Shown here in pieces: positions 19,432 to 28,462 of a stretch of 64,000 bases of DNA. Both the position numbers and the translations under genes were made by a program. The DNA is from an uncultured Chloroflexia bacterium (GTDB lineage Bacteria; Chloroflexota; Limnocylindria; Limnocylindrales; CSP1-4), in assembly GCA_963819655.1 (NCBI GenBank), contig CAWFXA010000003.1:979163-1043162 (forward strand). The letters are read 5' to 3'. Within the stretch, counting starts at the first letter, position 1, and every line of letters starts with the position of its first letter. Under the pieces are notes generated by a model. The model did not search any database. It was not told the origin of the DNA and saw only the letters and a program-made list of their open reading frames with translations.

Positions 19432-20992
19432 TCAGCCCTCCATCCGGAGCTCTTCAAGGTCGAGCTCGCGCTCGATCAAGCGCAGCGTCAGGTCGTTGAT
19501 CTCGCCACGATCGCGCAGGTCGATCACGGCACCCCGTTGGGCGGTGATGACGCCGCGTTGGATCTCCTCGTGCTCGAGGCGCTCCTGCCGCCGTTCCTCG
19601 GTCTCGTCGGGGTCCTCGGTCGCGAGGTGCCGCGTCCGATCTTCAAGGCCTGCCTCGAGCCGGTCGAAGAGCGGCTGATGCCCCGGCCACGCCGGCCGCG
19701 ACCGCCCGATCTCGTCGAGCCCCGCCTGATAGGCCGCCGCGCGTGCGAGCCGTCAGCTCATCCCCTTCAAGCGCCGGAGCATCCCGCATCGCCCAGCGCA
19801 GAACCGCCGGCAGCGTCAGGCCCTGGCCGACGAGCGTGACGAGGATCACGGCGAACGTCAGCAACAGGATGAGGCTGCGCTCCGGGAAGTCCGGGGGTAG
19901 GGCGAGGGCGGCCGCCAGCGACACGGCGCCTCGCAATCCGGCCCAGCTCACGACGAACGTGAGACGTCGGGCGAGATCGGGGTCGCGCCGGGCGATCACC
20001 TGACGCGGCGTGTTCGGGAGGTTGCTGCTCACGAAGATCCAGATGATCCGTGCCGCAACCACGACCGCCGCGACCACCGCACTGAGACCGAGGAGCGCGA
20101 CCGGCGACCGGCCAGCGAGCCCTGCCAGGACGTCCGGCAGCTCCAGCCCGATCAGGACGAAGACGAACCCGTTGAGGACGAAGCCGACCATCTTCCAGGT
20201 GGTCAGCCACAGGACCCGACTGGTCGGCGTGAGGATCGTGCCGAGTCGGCGTCCGATGACAAGACCGGCCGTGACGGCGGCGAGCACGCCGGAAAGCTCG
20301 AGCTGCTCGGCGGGCAGGTAGGCGGCGAACGGGACGACGATCGAGATCAGGACCTCGACCGGCGCGTCGTCGAGCCGGTGCAGGACGATGGCAGCGACGC
20401 GACCGACGACGAAGCCGATCGCGACGCCCCCGACGGCGGCGACCGCGAACGAGGCCAGCGTTTCCGATAGCACGAACACGCCGCTCGCAGCGGCCAGGAC
20501 GGCGAAGCGGTACGCGACGAGGGCCGTCGCATCGTTGAGGAGAGCCTCGCCTTCGACCAGCGTCGTCACGATGCGCGGCGCTCCGATCCGGCGGAACACC
20601 GTCGTCGCGGCGAGGGCATCGGTCGGCGCCACGATCGCGCCGAGTGCGAAGGCCGGCGCCCAGCCGATGCCCGGGATCGCGATGTACGCGACGACCGCGA
20701 CGATCGTCATCGTGAAGAGCACGAGCCCGATCGACAGGCGCACCAACGGCCCGACATTGGCCCGAAGATCACGCGTGGGCGTCTCGACGGCGGCGCCGAA
20801 CAGGAGCGGCGGCAAGAAGACGAGCAGGATCAGCTCGGGCTCGAGCTCGAGGCGCGGCAGGCCGGGGACGAGCGCGAGCCCCAGCCCGCCGACGACGAGC
20901 AACGTCGGGTACGGCACGCCGACACGGCGCGCGATCTCGAACACGATCGCGATCGCGACGAGGATCGCGAGGACGGCGCTCAGGATCTCCAT
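19432..20992 (-). CDS. CPA1 Na+/H+ antiporter; frameshift near 19745
   Basis: FLPPLLF, APTDALA, EGEALLNDA, WAGLRGAVSLA; tail LRDRGEINDLTLRLIERELDLEELR in shifted frame. Confidence 0.9.
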
Positions 20993-21002
20993 GGGCGACC
21001 CG

Positions 21003-21497
21003 CTACGGCGCGCGCCTGGCGATCAGTTCCACGCACCACTCGCGCAGCCGCCCGAGGTGCTCGGCGTAGTGCTCGCTCCCGGTCTTGCGGATCCACCATG
21101 CCGCTTCATCGGTGGGTTCGCGCAGCTGCCACCACTCCTCGATCATGCGCGTCCGGCCCGCGTTGGCCTGGACCCAGGCGACCTCCCACGGCTGGTCGGC
21201 CATCGCCGCCAGCATGGCGGCATTGAGCGCGTCGATGTCGATGTCGTGGCCTTCGTACGTCCCGGCGCTGATGCGCTCGAACTGGAGCTGCCCTTCGGCC
21301 AGCCACGTGCCGACGTGGGCGACGACGTCGCGCACCGTCCAGTCGGGATCGCGCTGGTAACCCGGTTCGAGGTACTCCTCCGGGGTCAGCGAACGCACCA
21401 GTTCGACGATCTCGTACCAGCCCTGCCGCTCGGACTCGATCTCGGCGAGATACGGGTGATCGAGCCGATCGGCCGGCGCGGACGGATCGGTCTTCAT
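21003..21497 (-). CDS. DinB / maleylpyruvate isomerase N-terminal family protein
   Basis: WTVRDVVAH and HYAEH metal-binding His pattern. Confidence 0.8.
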   Translation of the reverse strand: MKTDPSAPADRLDHPYLAEIESERQGWYEIVELVRSLTPEEYLEPGYQRDPDWTVRDVVAHVGTWLAEGQLQFERISAGTYEGHDIDIDALNAAMLAAMADQPWEVAWVQANAGRTRMIEEWWQLREPTDEAAWWIRKTGSEHYAEHLGRLREWCVELIARRAP

Positions 21498-21880
21498 CGG
21501 GGCGCCGTCACGAATCCGCCTTCGAGTGGCAGCCCGGCATCCTCCCAGTCGAGCAGCCCGCCCGAGTAGCGGCGCACATTCCGATAGCCGCGCCGGATCA
21601 GGTCGCGGTACAGAGCCACGCTCGACAGGCAGTCGACGTGCGAGCAGTACACGACGACCTCGTCGTCGGGCGTGATGGCCGCATAGAGCTCGTCCGGTGT
21701 GTCGAAATGCAGCGAGCCCGGGATGTGCTTGGCGTCGAACGCCCAGCGATTGAGGGCCATGATCAACTTGAGGTCCTCGCCCCGATCGAGCTTCGCCTTG
21801 AGCTCCTCGCGACCGATCGTCCGGATCGGCTCGAGGCCGAGCGCCGCGGTCGGACGAGGCTGATCGATCGAGGACATCAA
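21494..21880 (-). CDS. Rhodanese-like domain protein
   Basis: HIPGS, VVVYC, YSGGLLDWEDAGLP. Confidence 0.9.
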   Translation of the reverse strand: MMSSIDQPRPTAALGLEPIRTIGREELKAKLDRGEDLKLIMALNRWAFDAKHIPGSLHFDTPDELYAAITPDDEVVVYCSHVDCLSSVALYRDLIRRGYRNVRRYSGGLLDWEDAGLPLEGGFVTAPR

Positions 21881-22224
21881 TGCAGATACTGCTCCCAGTC
21901 CGGCGGGACGCGCCCGGCCGGTCCCGGCGTCGGTTGGTCGAGCGGATGGTGGCGCGGCGGTGCGAGCACCGGGCCGCCCAGGTACCGCTCCGTGGCGTAA
22001 TCCCAGAACCAGTCCTCGCTCGGCTCGTAACTCTGGATGACCGGGTGCCGCTTATCGAACGCGTGCCGACTGGCGTGCTGCGATGGCGACGTGTCGCAGC
22101 AGCCGACGTGCCCGCATTGGGCGCAGCGGCGGAGGTGCAACCACCAGCCGCCCTCTGCTTCGCAGTCGACGCAACCCGGACCGCTCGGGGGGATGGTCGG
22201 GTCGATCCCGGTCTGGTGCGTCAT
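21877..22224 (-). CDS. UBP-type zinc finger protein
   Basis: CVDC, HLRRCAQCGHVGCCDTSPSQHA, SYEPSEDWFWDY. Confidence 0.92.
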   Translation of the reverse strand: MTHQTGIDPTIPPSGPGCVDCEAEGGWWLHLRRCAQCGHVGCCDTSPSQHASRHAFDKRHPVIQSYEPSEDWFWDYATERYLGGPVLAPPRHHPLDQPTPGPAGRVPPDWEQYLH

Positions 22225-22241
22225 CGCACCATCATGACGCC

Positions 22242-23063
22242 TCAGTCCACGTACGGACCGTTGTAGATCGGCGCCTCACCGTACGGCTTGCCGGCCATCA
22301 GCATGAACCGCGCCCCAGGCGTGGCCCCGTCAACGGTCAGGGCTCCGCCCGGTCCGAGGACTGCGATCGCCGATCGAGCGGCGCGGAGTCGGTTGGACCC
22401 GATGTCCGCCTCGCCTTCCAGCATGTAGACGAAGCCGTTGAAGTCCGACGGGATCGGTGTCGTGAAAGACCCGCCCTTCGGCAGCTCGACGTCCAGGATC
22501 AGTCCTGGTGTCCCGAGCTCCACGGGAGAGCCCGCGCCCACCATGATCCGGACGATCGCGTCGCCCTCCTGGCGCGTGGGGATGTCCTCCGGTTGCAGGA
22601 GTTGCGATGTCGGCTCGACGTTCTTGTCCTTGCGCGCGAGGTTCACCCAGAACAGCACGCCCCGGAACTCCGTCCCGGCCTTGCCTTCACGGAGCTCTTC
22701 CTCGCCGATGCTCTCGGCGTGGTACACGCCACGACCCGTTCGCAGCTTCAGCAACGAGCCGGGCTGCAGGCGCGCTCTCTCGAACGTGCCGCCGGGACCC
22801 GTGCTGTGCCCGGTGCTCGCCTCGCCCGAGATCACGTACCAGAGGTTGTCGAACCCGCGGTGCGGATGGGTCGTGTCGAGCGCCGCGCGCTCCGGATCGA
22901 TCGGGACGATCCCCTCGTGGACGAGGATGAATGGGTCGACCTGCTCGTACGGGATGCTCCGCGATGGCAGGGGCTCGAGGATCTCGAGACCCATCATCGG
23001 GCGGGTGTGGGCGTCCTCCAGGTGGACGACCTCGCGCTGTGCGGTTTCGACTTGCGTAGCCAT
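22242..23063 (-). CDS. Pirin family protein
   Basis: DPFIL, HPHRGF, GVYHAE, WVNL, GPYV. Confidence 0.9.
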   Translation of the reverse strand: MATQVETAQREVVHLEDAHTRPMMGLEILEPLPSRSIPYEQVDPFILVHEGIVPIDPERAALDTTHPHRGFDNLWYVISGEASTGHSTGPGGTFERARLQPGSLLKLRTGRGVYHAESIGEEELREGKAGTEFRGVLFWVNLARKDKNVEPTSQLLQPEDIPTRQEGDAIVRIMVGAGSPVELGTPGLILDVELPKGGSFTTPIPSDFNGFVYMLEGEADIGSNRLRAARSAIAVLGPGGALTVDGATPGARFMLMAGKPYGEAPIYNGPYVD

Positions 23064-23086
23064 GACCTGTGCTCTCTTTCTCGGTC

Positions 23087-23737
23087 CTAGAACCCGAGGA
23101 CCTCGTCGACCAGGACGACCGTGATGCGGCCAGGGTCGATCTCGCGATTGATGATCAGGATCTTGTTCACGCCGCTGTGGATGCCGTAGGCGGCCTGCGC
23201 GCGGGCGTCCTCGAGCGGGAACGCGTACTCGTCGATGCGACGGAGTCCTTCCTCGAGGTCCGCGACGATCTTCTGAGTGCCCACGACGAGGATGACGCGC
23301 CCGGCGCCGGCGGCGTATGGCCCGAGCTGGCTGCCGCTGTTCGAGGCCGCGATCAGCGATCCCGTCTCGGTGACCGCATGGACGCTGCCGAGCATCACGT
23401 CCGGGGCGGCACCCAACCGCCGGATCTCATCGGCCTGGGTCGCCCGATCCATGCTCCAGATCTGCGGGCGGAGGGGGTCGTACCGGCCTGACTTCTCGAT
23501 GGCATCGGTGATGCCGGTCGTCTCGAGCGTCTCCGATGCGCCGTGATGGACCTGCGCTCTCTCGGGGATCAGACCCAGGACTGTGCGCTTCGCCTCAGCA
23601 GCGTTGGCGGCGCGAAGCACGGTGATGCCGTGCGACTCGAGGGCGGCGGCCGCCCGCTGGACGCGGGATTCCTCCGCCAAGGTCCCGAACCGACGTGTGG
23701 CTGACCGGTCGAGTCCGGGGTTTGTTGCGGTGATCAC
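23087..23737 (-). CDS. LUD (lactate utilization) domain protein
   Basis: GASETL, GSVHAVTETG, VILVVGTQKIV, LVDEVLGF; GTG start after GAAGGAAG. Confidence 0.85.
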   Translation of the reverse strand: MITATNPGLDRSATRRFGTLAEESRVQRAAAALESHGITVLRAANAAEAKRTVLGLIPERAQVHHGASETLETTGITDAIEKSGRYDPLRPQIWSMDRATQADEIRRLGAAPDVMLGSVHAVTETGSLIAASNSGSQLGPYAAGAGRVILVVGTQKIVADLEEGLRRIDEYAFPLEDARAQAAYGIHSGVNKILIINREIDPGRITVVLVDEVLGF

Positions 23738-23776
23738 GAATGACTTCCTTCCGGCGTTCGTTGTTGCTATGATTAG

Positions 23777-23822
23777 TTGCAACTGCAAGAACCACCGTAC
23801 GCCTATTTGGTTGCACATGCAA
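23777..23822. promoter_or_regulatory. Two MarR-type operators TTGCA-N2-TGCAA between divergent LUD and marR genes
   Basis: ttgcaactgcaa 23777-23788 and ttgcacatgcaa 23811-23822, the second overlapping the marR ATG. Confidence 0.7.
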
Positions 23823-24317
23823 GCACTAGCAGGATCAGATCCCGCGGCCCTGATCGAGCGCCTCGTGAGCCAGGAGATGCCCGACAGGCGTGGCCTGGCG
23901 GCCTGGCAGGCACTCCTGCGCGCGCAGGCGTCCCTCACGCGCCAGCTCGACACCGACCTCGTCAAGGAGACCGGCCTGTCGCTGGCCGACTTCGACGTTC
24001 TCGCCCAACTGGCCGTCACGGGTGGGTCGCTGCGGATGACCGAGCTCGCGAATCGAGCCCTCATCTCGCGGTCGGGCATGACCCGTCGTGTGGCGCGACT
24101 CGTCGGGGAGGGCCTGGTCACACGGGCAGGGGCGGACGCGGACGCGCGCGGCATCGTCGTCGCGCTCACCGATGCGGGCCTTGCCCGCCTCGCCGAGACG
24201 GCACCCGTCCACATGCGCGGGATCGCCCACCTGTTCGTCGATCGACTCGACGACCGCGAACTCGAGACGCTCGAGCACACCCTCGAGAAGGTGACGATCG
24301 ACTGCTCGTTCGGCTGA
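23817..24317 (+). CDS. MarR family transcriptional regulator
   Basis: LRMTELA, SRSGMTRRVARL..EGLVTR, DARG..LTDAG. Confidence 0.92.
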   Translation: MQALAGSDPAALIERLVSQEMPDRRGLAAWQALLRAQASLTRQLDTDLVKETGLSLADFDVLAQLAVTGGSLRMTELANRALISRSGMTRRVARLVGEGLVTRAGADADARGIVVALTDAGLARLAETAPVHMRGIAHLFVDRLDDRELETLEHTLEKVTIDCSFG

Positions 24318-24372
24318 GGGTGCGGGAGACGGGCGGAGACCCGGTCGTCGCGCCGCCTGCGCCGCCCACGGC

Positions 24373-24497
24373 GCCCGACCCGCCCCAGCCCCCGACGCCC
24401 GGGCCGCCCCCGACCACGCCGCCCGACCCGCCCCAGCCCAAGCGCCCTAGCCCGCGCCCGACCCGCCCCAGCCCAAGCGCCCTAGCTGCGCCCGACC
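24373..24497. repeat. C-rich tandem repeat (GCCCGACCCGCCCCAGCCC x3, ~35-bp period)
   Basis: Units at 24373, 24421, 24456 and a partial at 24490. Confidence 0.85.
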
Positions 24498-24677
24498 ATG
24501 AACGATGCGCATCACGACGACCTTATGGCGCGCCCTTCGATGCGTCTGCGGCCGCCAAGGGCCGCAACCCAACGTAACGTCCGTCGTGGTGCGCGGAACG
24601 CATGGTCGTGGCCCCCAAATCGGGCGACCGGCCGGCCTCCAGCCGTCATAAGGTTGTCCTGATGCGCGAACTGCATG
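24497..24677. repeat. Three-armed palindromic REP/BIME- or MITE-like element, copy 1
   Basis: 34-bp arms: forward 24497-24530, inverted 24571-24604 and 24644-24677; homologous to 26622-26812. Confidence 0.8.
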
Positions 24678-24741
24678 CTCGGCGAGACGCGCGTATACGG
24701 CTGAGCGTCGACGAGGGCGGTCGAGATCGGGGTTTGACTGG

Positions 24742-25497
24742 ATGTTGATGCTTCGACCACGCGCGTCGATCCACCATACCGATGGCGGCTGGTTCAGCGC
24801 CTACTGGCACTTCAGCTTCGACTTCTACAACGACCCGGAGAACACGTGGTTCGGCGACCTGCGTGTCTTCAACGACGACACCCTCGTGCCCGGCGCGACC
24901 TGGCCGATGCACCCGCACCGTGACATCGAAGGCATCACGTATGTCGCCGAGGGGATGTTCGAGCACGCCGACAGCCACGGGAACGGCGGCATCCTGCCGC
25001 CCGGCTCGGTGCAGCGGGCGACCCTTGGCTCGGGGATGGAGCACTCCGAGGGCAACAACAGCCAGACCGAGCCGATGCGGTTCATCCAGATGTGGATCAT
25101 CCCGGCGCGGCGCGGCCTCGAACCGTCGATCGAGCAGCGGGAGTTCCCGGAGGCGCAGCGGCGCGGTCGGTGGATGCCGGTCCTCGTGCCGGCCGCCGGG
25201 TACGGCGGTCCCGACGCACCGACGAACGCCGACGCGGTGACCGTCCACCAGGACGCGACGGTGTACGCCACGTTGGTCGATCCCGGCGGGACCGTGACCC
25301 ACCGATTTCGGCCCGGCTTCCAGGGCTATCTCTTCGTGGTCCATGGAACGGCCCACGTGGCCACCGACTCGGACGCCGGCGAGCTGGACGAGGGCGGAGC
25401 GGCAAAGGTCATCGCTGAGTCTGAAGTCGACGTGCGAGCGCGCGACGTGGGCGCAGAGCTGCTGCTCGTCGAGACGAGGGCTGTGGAGCGCGACTGA
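24742..25497 (+). CDS. Pirin family protein (YhhW-like)
   Basis: HFSFDFY, FGDLRVFNDD, HPHRDIE, HSEGN, FIQMWI, HQDA. Confidence 0.92.
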   Translation: MLMLRPRASIHHTDGGWFSAYWHFSFDFYNDPENTWFGDLRVFNDDTLVPGATWPMHPHRDIEGITYVAEGMFEHADSHGNGGILPPGSVQRATLGSGMEHSEGNNSQTEPMRFIQMWIIPARRGLEPSIEQREFPEAQRRGRWMPVLVPAAGYGGPDAPTNADAVTVHQDATVYATLVDPGGTVTHRFRPGFQGYLFVVHGTAHVATDSDAGELDEGGAAKVIAESEVDVRARDVGAELLLVETRAVERD

Positions 25498-25570
25498 GGC
25501 TCGCGGGCCGCGACACTTCTCCGCATCAGGCGCTGATCGCGAACCGTGCGCGGCCCTACCATCCGGTCGT

Positions 25571-26593
25571 ATGGATGCTCGAGCCGCGGAATCCCTTCTA
25601 GGTCTCGCCGAGAAAGCGAGCGCCCGCTCCCGGGGTCCCGAAGCAAAGGCGGCCGTCCAGCAGCTCGAGGACCAATACGACGCTCTGGTCGCGGCGATCG
25701 AGTGGTTCATCGAACACGAGCGGACCGATGAGGCGCTCCGCGTCGCGAACGCGCTGTATCGGTTCTGGATCACGAAGCAGCGGTTCGAGGAAGGTGCTGA
25801 CTGGTTCGACCGTGTGCTTGGAGCGCCCGGTGGCGCGGCGCCCCTGCGCGGACAGGCCTTCGTCAACGCCGGCTTCATGCCCTTCTGGCTCGGCCAGGAC
25901 GACCGCGCCGCTGAGCTTTTCGGTGAAGGCCTCGAGATCGGCCGCGGGCTCGGCGACGCGCCGATGATCTCCCAGGCCTTGGGCGGCCTCGCGCGCGTTG
26001 CCCTCCGCACGGACGTGCCAGAGGGTCGGCGGCTCGCCCGCGAGGCTCTGGCCGTCAGCGATGCGGCGGCTGACGAGGCTGGACGCTCGAACGCGCTCCA
26101 CCTCCTCGGTGTCGGCGCCCAGATCGCGGGCGACCTGCCGGAGGCGCGCGACTGGATGACGCAGCGCCTGGCCCTCGTCCGGGCAGCCGGCAACGAGTTC
26201 CTGATCGCGTCCGAAGCCGCCAACCTGAGCATGGTCGAGCGGCAGCTCGGAAACCTGGATGGAGCCGAGGCGCTCGTGCGCGAGACCCTCGAGATCGGCG
26301 CACGGATCAAGGACGAGTTCACGAGGCCTTTCGCCATCAACGGGCTGGCGGCCATCGCCACGGAACGAGGTCAGTTCGAACGCGCGGCGATCCTGGTCGG
26401 CGCCGCCGAATCGATGATGGAGGCGCAACACATGGCGTGGCCGCCCGACGAGCGGCCGCATTACGTACGCATGCTCGCCGTTCTTCCCGAGGCGATGGGT
26501 TCCGCCGAGTTCGAGCGAGCCCGGATGGCCGGGCAGTCGATGGCTCCGGACGAAGCCGTCGACTTCGCCCTCGGGGCTCGCTCGGCTAACTAG
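25571..26593 (+). CDS. Tetratricopeptide-repeat protein (stand-alone TPR part of ATPase-TPR regulators)
   Basis: Ala-rich helical repeats, ALYRFW, AAILVGAAE, DEAVDFAL. Confidence 0.75.
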   Translation: MDARAAESLLGLAEKASARSRGPEAKAAVQQLEDQYDALVAAIEWFIEHERTDEALRVANALYRFWITKQRFEEGADWFDRVLGAPGGAAPLRGQAFVNAGFMPFWLGQDDRAAELFGEGLEIGRGLGDAPMISQALGGLARVALRTDVPEGRRLAREALAVSDAAADEAGRSNALHLLGVGAQIAGDLPEARDWMTQRLALVRAAGNEFLIASEAANLSMVERQLGNLDGAEALVRETLEIGARIKDEFTRPFAINGLAAIATERGQFERAAILVGAAESMMEAQHMAWPPDERPHYVRMLAVLPEAMGSAEFERARMAGQSMAPDEAVDFALGARSAN

Positions 26594-26621
26594 CGCGCGC
26601 GGCGACCGACACCCGCACGAC

Positions 26622-26812
26622 CATGAACGATGCGTCTGAGGGCGACCTTATGGCGCGCTGCGTCGCCTCTTGTGCCGACTAAGGTGGCCTGGACCGAACA
26701 TAAGGTCCGTCCTGACGCGCGGAACGCATGAACGCGGCCTCCGATCGGGCGCGGACCGGACGCAAACCGGCCGACAGCCGTCATAAGGTTGCTCTGATGC
26801 GCACAGTTCATG
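26622..26812. repeat. Three-armed palindromic REP/BIME- or MITE-like element, copy 2
   Basis: Arms 26622-26655 (forward), 26697-26730 and 26779-26812 (inverted). Confidence 0.8.
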
Positions 26813-26830
26813 ATTGGCGGGACGCCGTGG

Positions 26831-26877
26831 TTGCCAGGACACCGCTGATTGCCGGGACACCCTGATTGCCGGGACAC
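26831..26877. repeat. Short direct repeat TTGCCRGGACAC x3 (17-18 bp period)
   Basis: ttgccaggacacc-gctga-ttgccgggacacc-ctga-ttgccgggacac. Confidence 0.8.
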
Positions 26878-26936
26878 GGACGTGACGGACGCCGACACGG
26901 ACAGGCGAGACGCCGACCACCCCAGGAGGCCACGAG

Positions 26937-28106
26937 ATGACGATCACCGAGCGGCGGATGGACCGGATGGTCGACAGCGTCGCCCACGTCTTCGAGTGGT
27001 ACCTCGGCGGCGACTGGGAGAAGCACCACCTCGATCCGGACATCGCCGACTTCACGTTCGGCAACCCGCAGGAGATGCCGCTCCCCGGTCTGGTCGGCGC
27101 TCTCCAAAGGAACGCCGAGCCCAAGGACAAGGACTGGTTCGCGTACAAGCTGAACGAGGCCGAACCGCGGGCCATCGTCGCCGAGAGCCTCCAGCAACGG
27201 ACCGGCATCGTCTACCGGCCCGAGGACATCTCACTGACCGCCGGCGCGTTCGGCGCGTTGGGTGTCACGATCCGCGCGCTGTGCGACGAGGACGACGAGG
27301 TCATCTTCCTGTCGCCGCCGTGGTTCTTCTACGAGCTGATGATCGCGTCGTCGGGCGCGAAAGCCGTGCGGGTCCGCCTGCGGGCGCCTACCTTCGACCT
27401 CGATCCCGACGCCATCGCCGCGGCGATCACGCCGCGGACGCGGGCCATCATCGTCAACAGCCCGAACAACCCGACCGGGCGGATCTATCGACAGCCCGAG
27501 CTCGCCGCGCTCGGCGATCTGCTCCGGGACGCCTCGGAGCGCCACGGCCGGCCGATCGTGCTGCTCTCCGACGAGTCGTACAACCGGATCGTCTTCGACG
27601 GCATAGCCTTCCATAGCCCCGCCCTCGACTACGCGGCGACGATCACGATCTACACCTACGGCAAGACGCTTCTGGCGCCCGGTCAGCGCATCGGCTGGGC
27701 GGCGATGACACCGGATTTCCCCGACCGCGAGGCGACCGGCTACCGGATCTTCGTCCAGCAGCTGGCCGCCGGCTGGGGCTTTCCGAACGCGCTGCTGCAG
27801 CACGCGATCGGCGACCTCGAGAACCTCTCGATCGACATCGACGCGCTCCAGGCTCGGCGTGACCGGATGGTCCCTGCACTCCGCGAGATGGGTTACGAGG
27901 TGACGAACCCGGAGGGCACGTTCTACCTCATGGTGCGTTCGCCCGACCCCGACGACCTCGCTTTCAGCACCAAGCTCGCCGAGCTCGGCGCGCTCGTGCT
28001 GCCGGGCACGATCGTCGAGTCGCCCGGCTGGTTCCGCATCTCGCTGACGGCCAGCGACGAGATGGTCGAGCGCGGCCTCGAGGCGTTCCGCGCCGCGCGC
28101 GCCTGA
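26937..28106 (+). CDS. Class I/II PLP-dependent aminotransferase
   Basis: VNSPNNPTG, SDESY, YGKTLLAPGQRIG, FRISL. Confidence 0.93.
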   Translation: MTITERRMDRMVDSVAHVFEWYLGGDWEKHHLDPDIADFTFGNPQEMPLPGLVGALQRNAEPKDKDWFAYKLNEAEPRAIVAESLQQRTGIVYRPEDISLTAGAFGALGVTIRALCDEDDEVIFLSPPWFFYELMIASSGAKAVRVRLRAPTFDLDPDAIAAAITPRTRAIIVNSPNNPTGRIYRQPELAALGDLLRDASERHGRPIVLLSDESYNRIVFDGIAFHSPALDYAATITIYTYGKTLLAPGQRIGWAAMTPDFPDREATGYRIFVQQLAAGWGFPNALLQHAIGDLENLSIDIDALQARRDRMVPALREMGYEVTNPEGTFYLMVRSPDPDDLAFSTKLAELGALVLPGTIVESPGWFRISLTASDEMVERGLEAFRAARA

Positions 28107-28143
28107 GGCACGCGTGCCTGAGGCATCGGAGTATCGTCTGGCC

Positions 28144-28389
28144 ATGGCCGATCTCGATCTCTTCCAGACCATCAATGCGCTGTCCGCCGAGGAGGAACAG
28201 CTCTGGGCGTCGGCGAGCGACGGCAGCGGGCTGACGCAGCAGCAACAGGACCGGCTCGACGCGATCAAGGTCGAGCTCGACCGGGCCTACGACCTCCTCC
28301 ACCAGCGCCAGGCGCGCGAGGCGGCGGGCCTCGATCCGGAGGACGCGTCGATCCGCTCGGCCGAGACCGTCGAGGGCTACGAGCAGTAA
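28144..28389 (+). CDS. DUF2630 family protein
   Basis: VELDRAYDLLHQRQA...GLDP...RSAETVEGYEQ. Confidence 0.88.
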   Translation: MADLDLFQTINALSAEEEQLWASASDGSGLTQQQQDRLDAIKVELDRAYDLLHQRQAREAAGLDPEDASIRSAETVEGYEQ

Positions 28390-28462
28390 CGACGGTTTCG
28401 GGTGGCGCTTGCGACCGCGGAAGCCCGGCGTTGATGGCGCCGGGCTTCACGCGATACACGGG

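Noticed and set aside
24373-26920. Repeats as a CRISPR array
   Set aside because: Arms are in mixed orientation, diverged and only three per locus; no cas genes.
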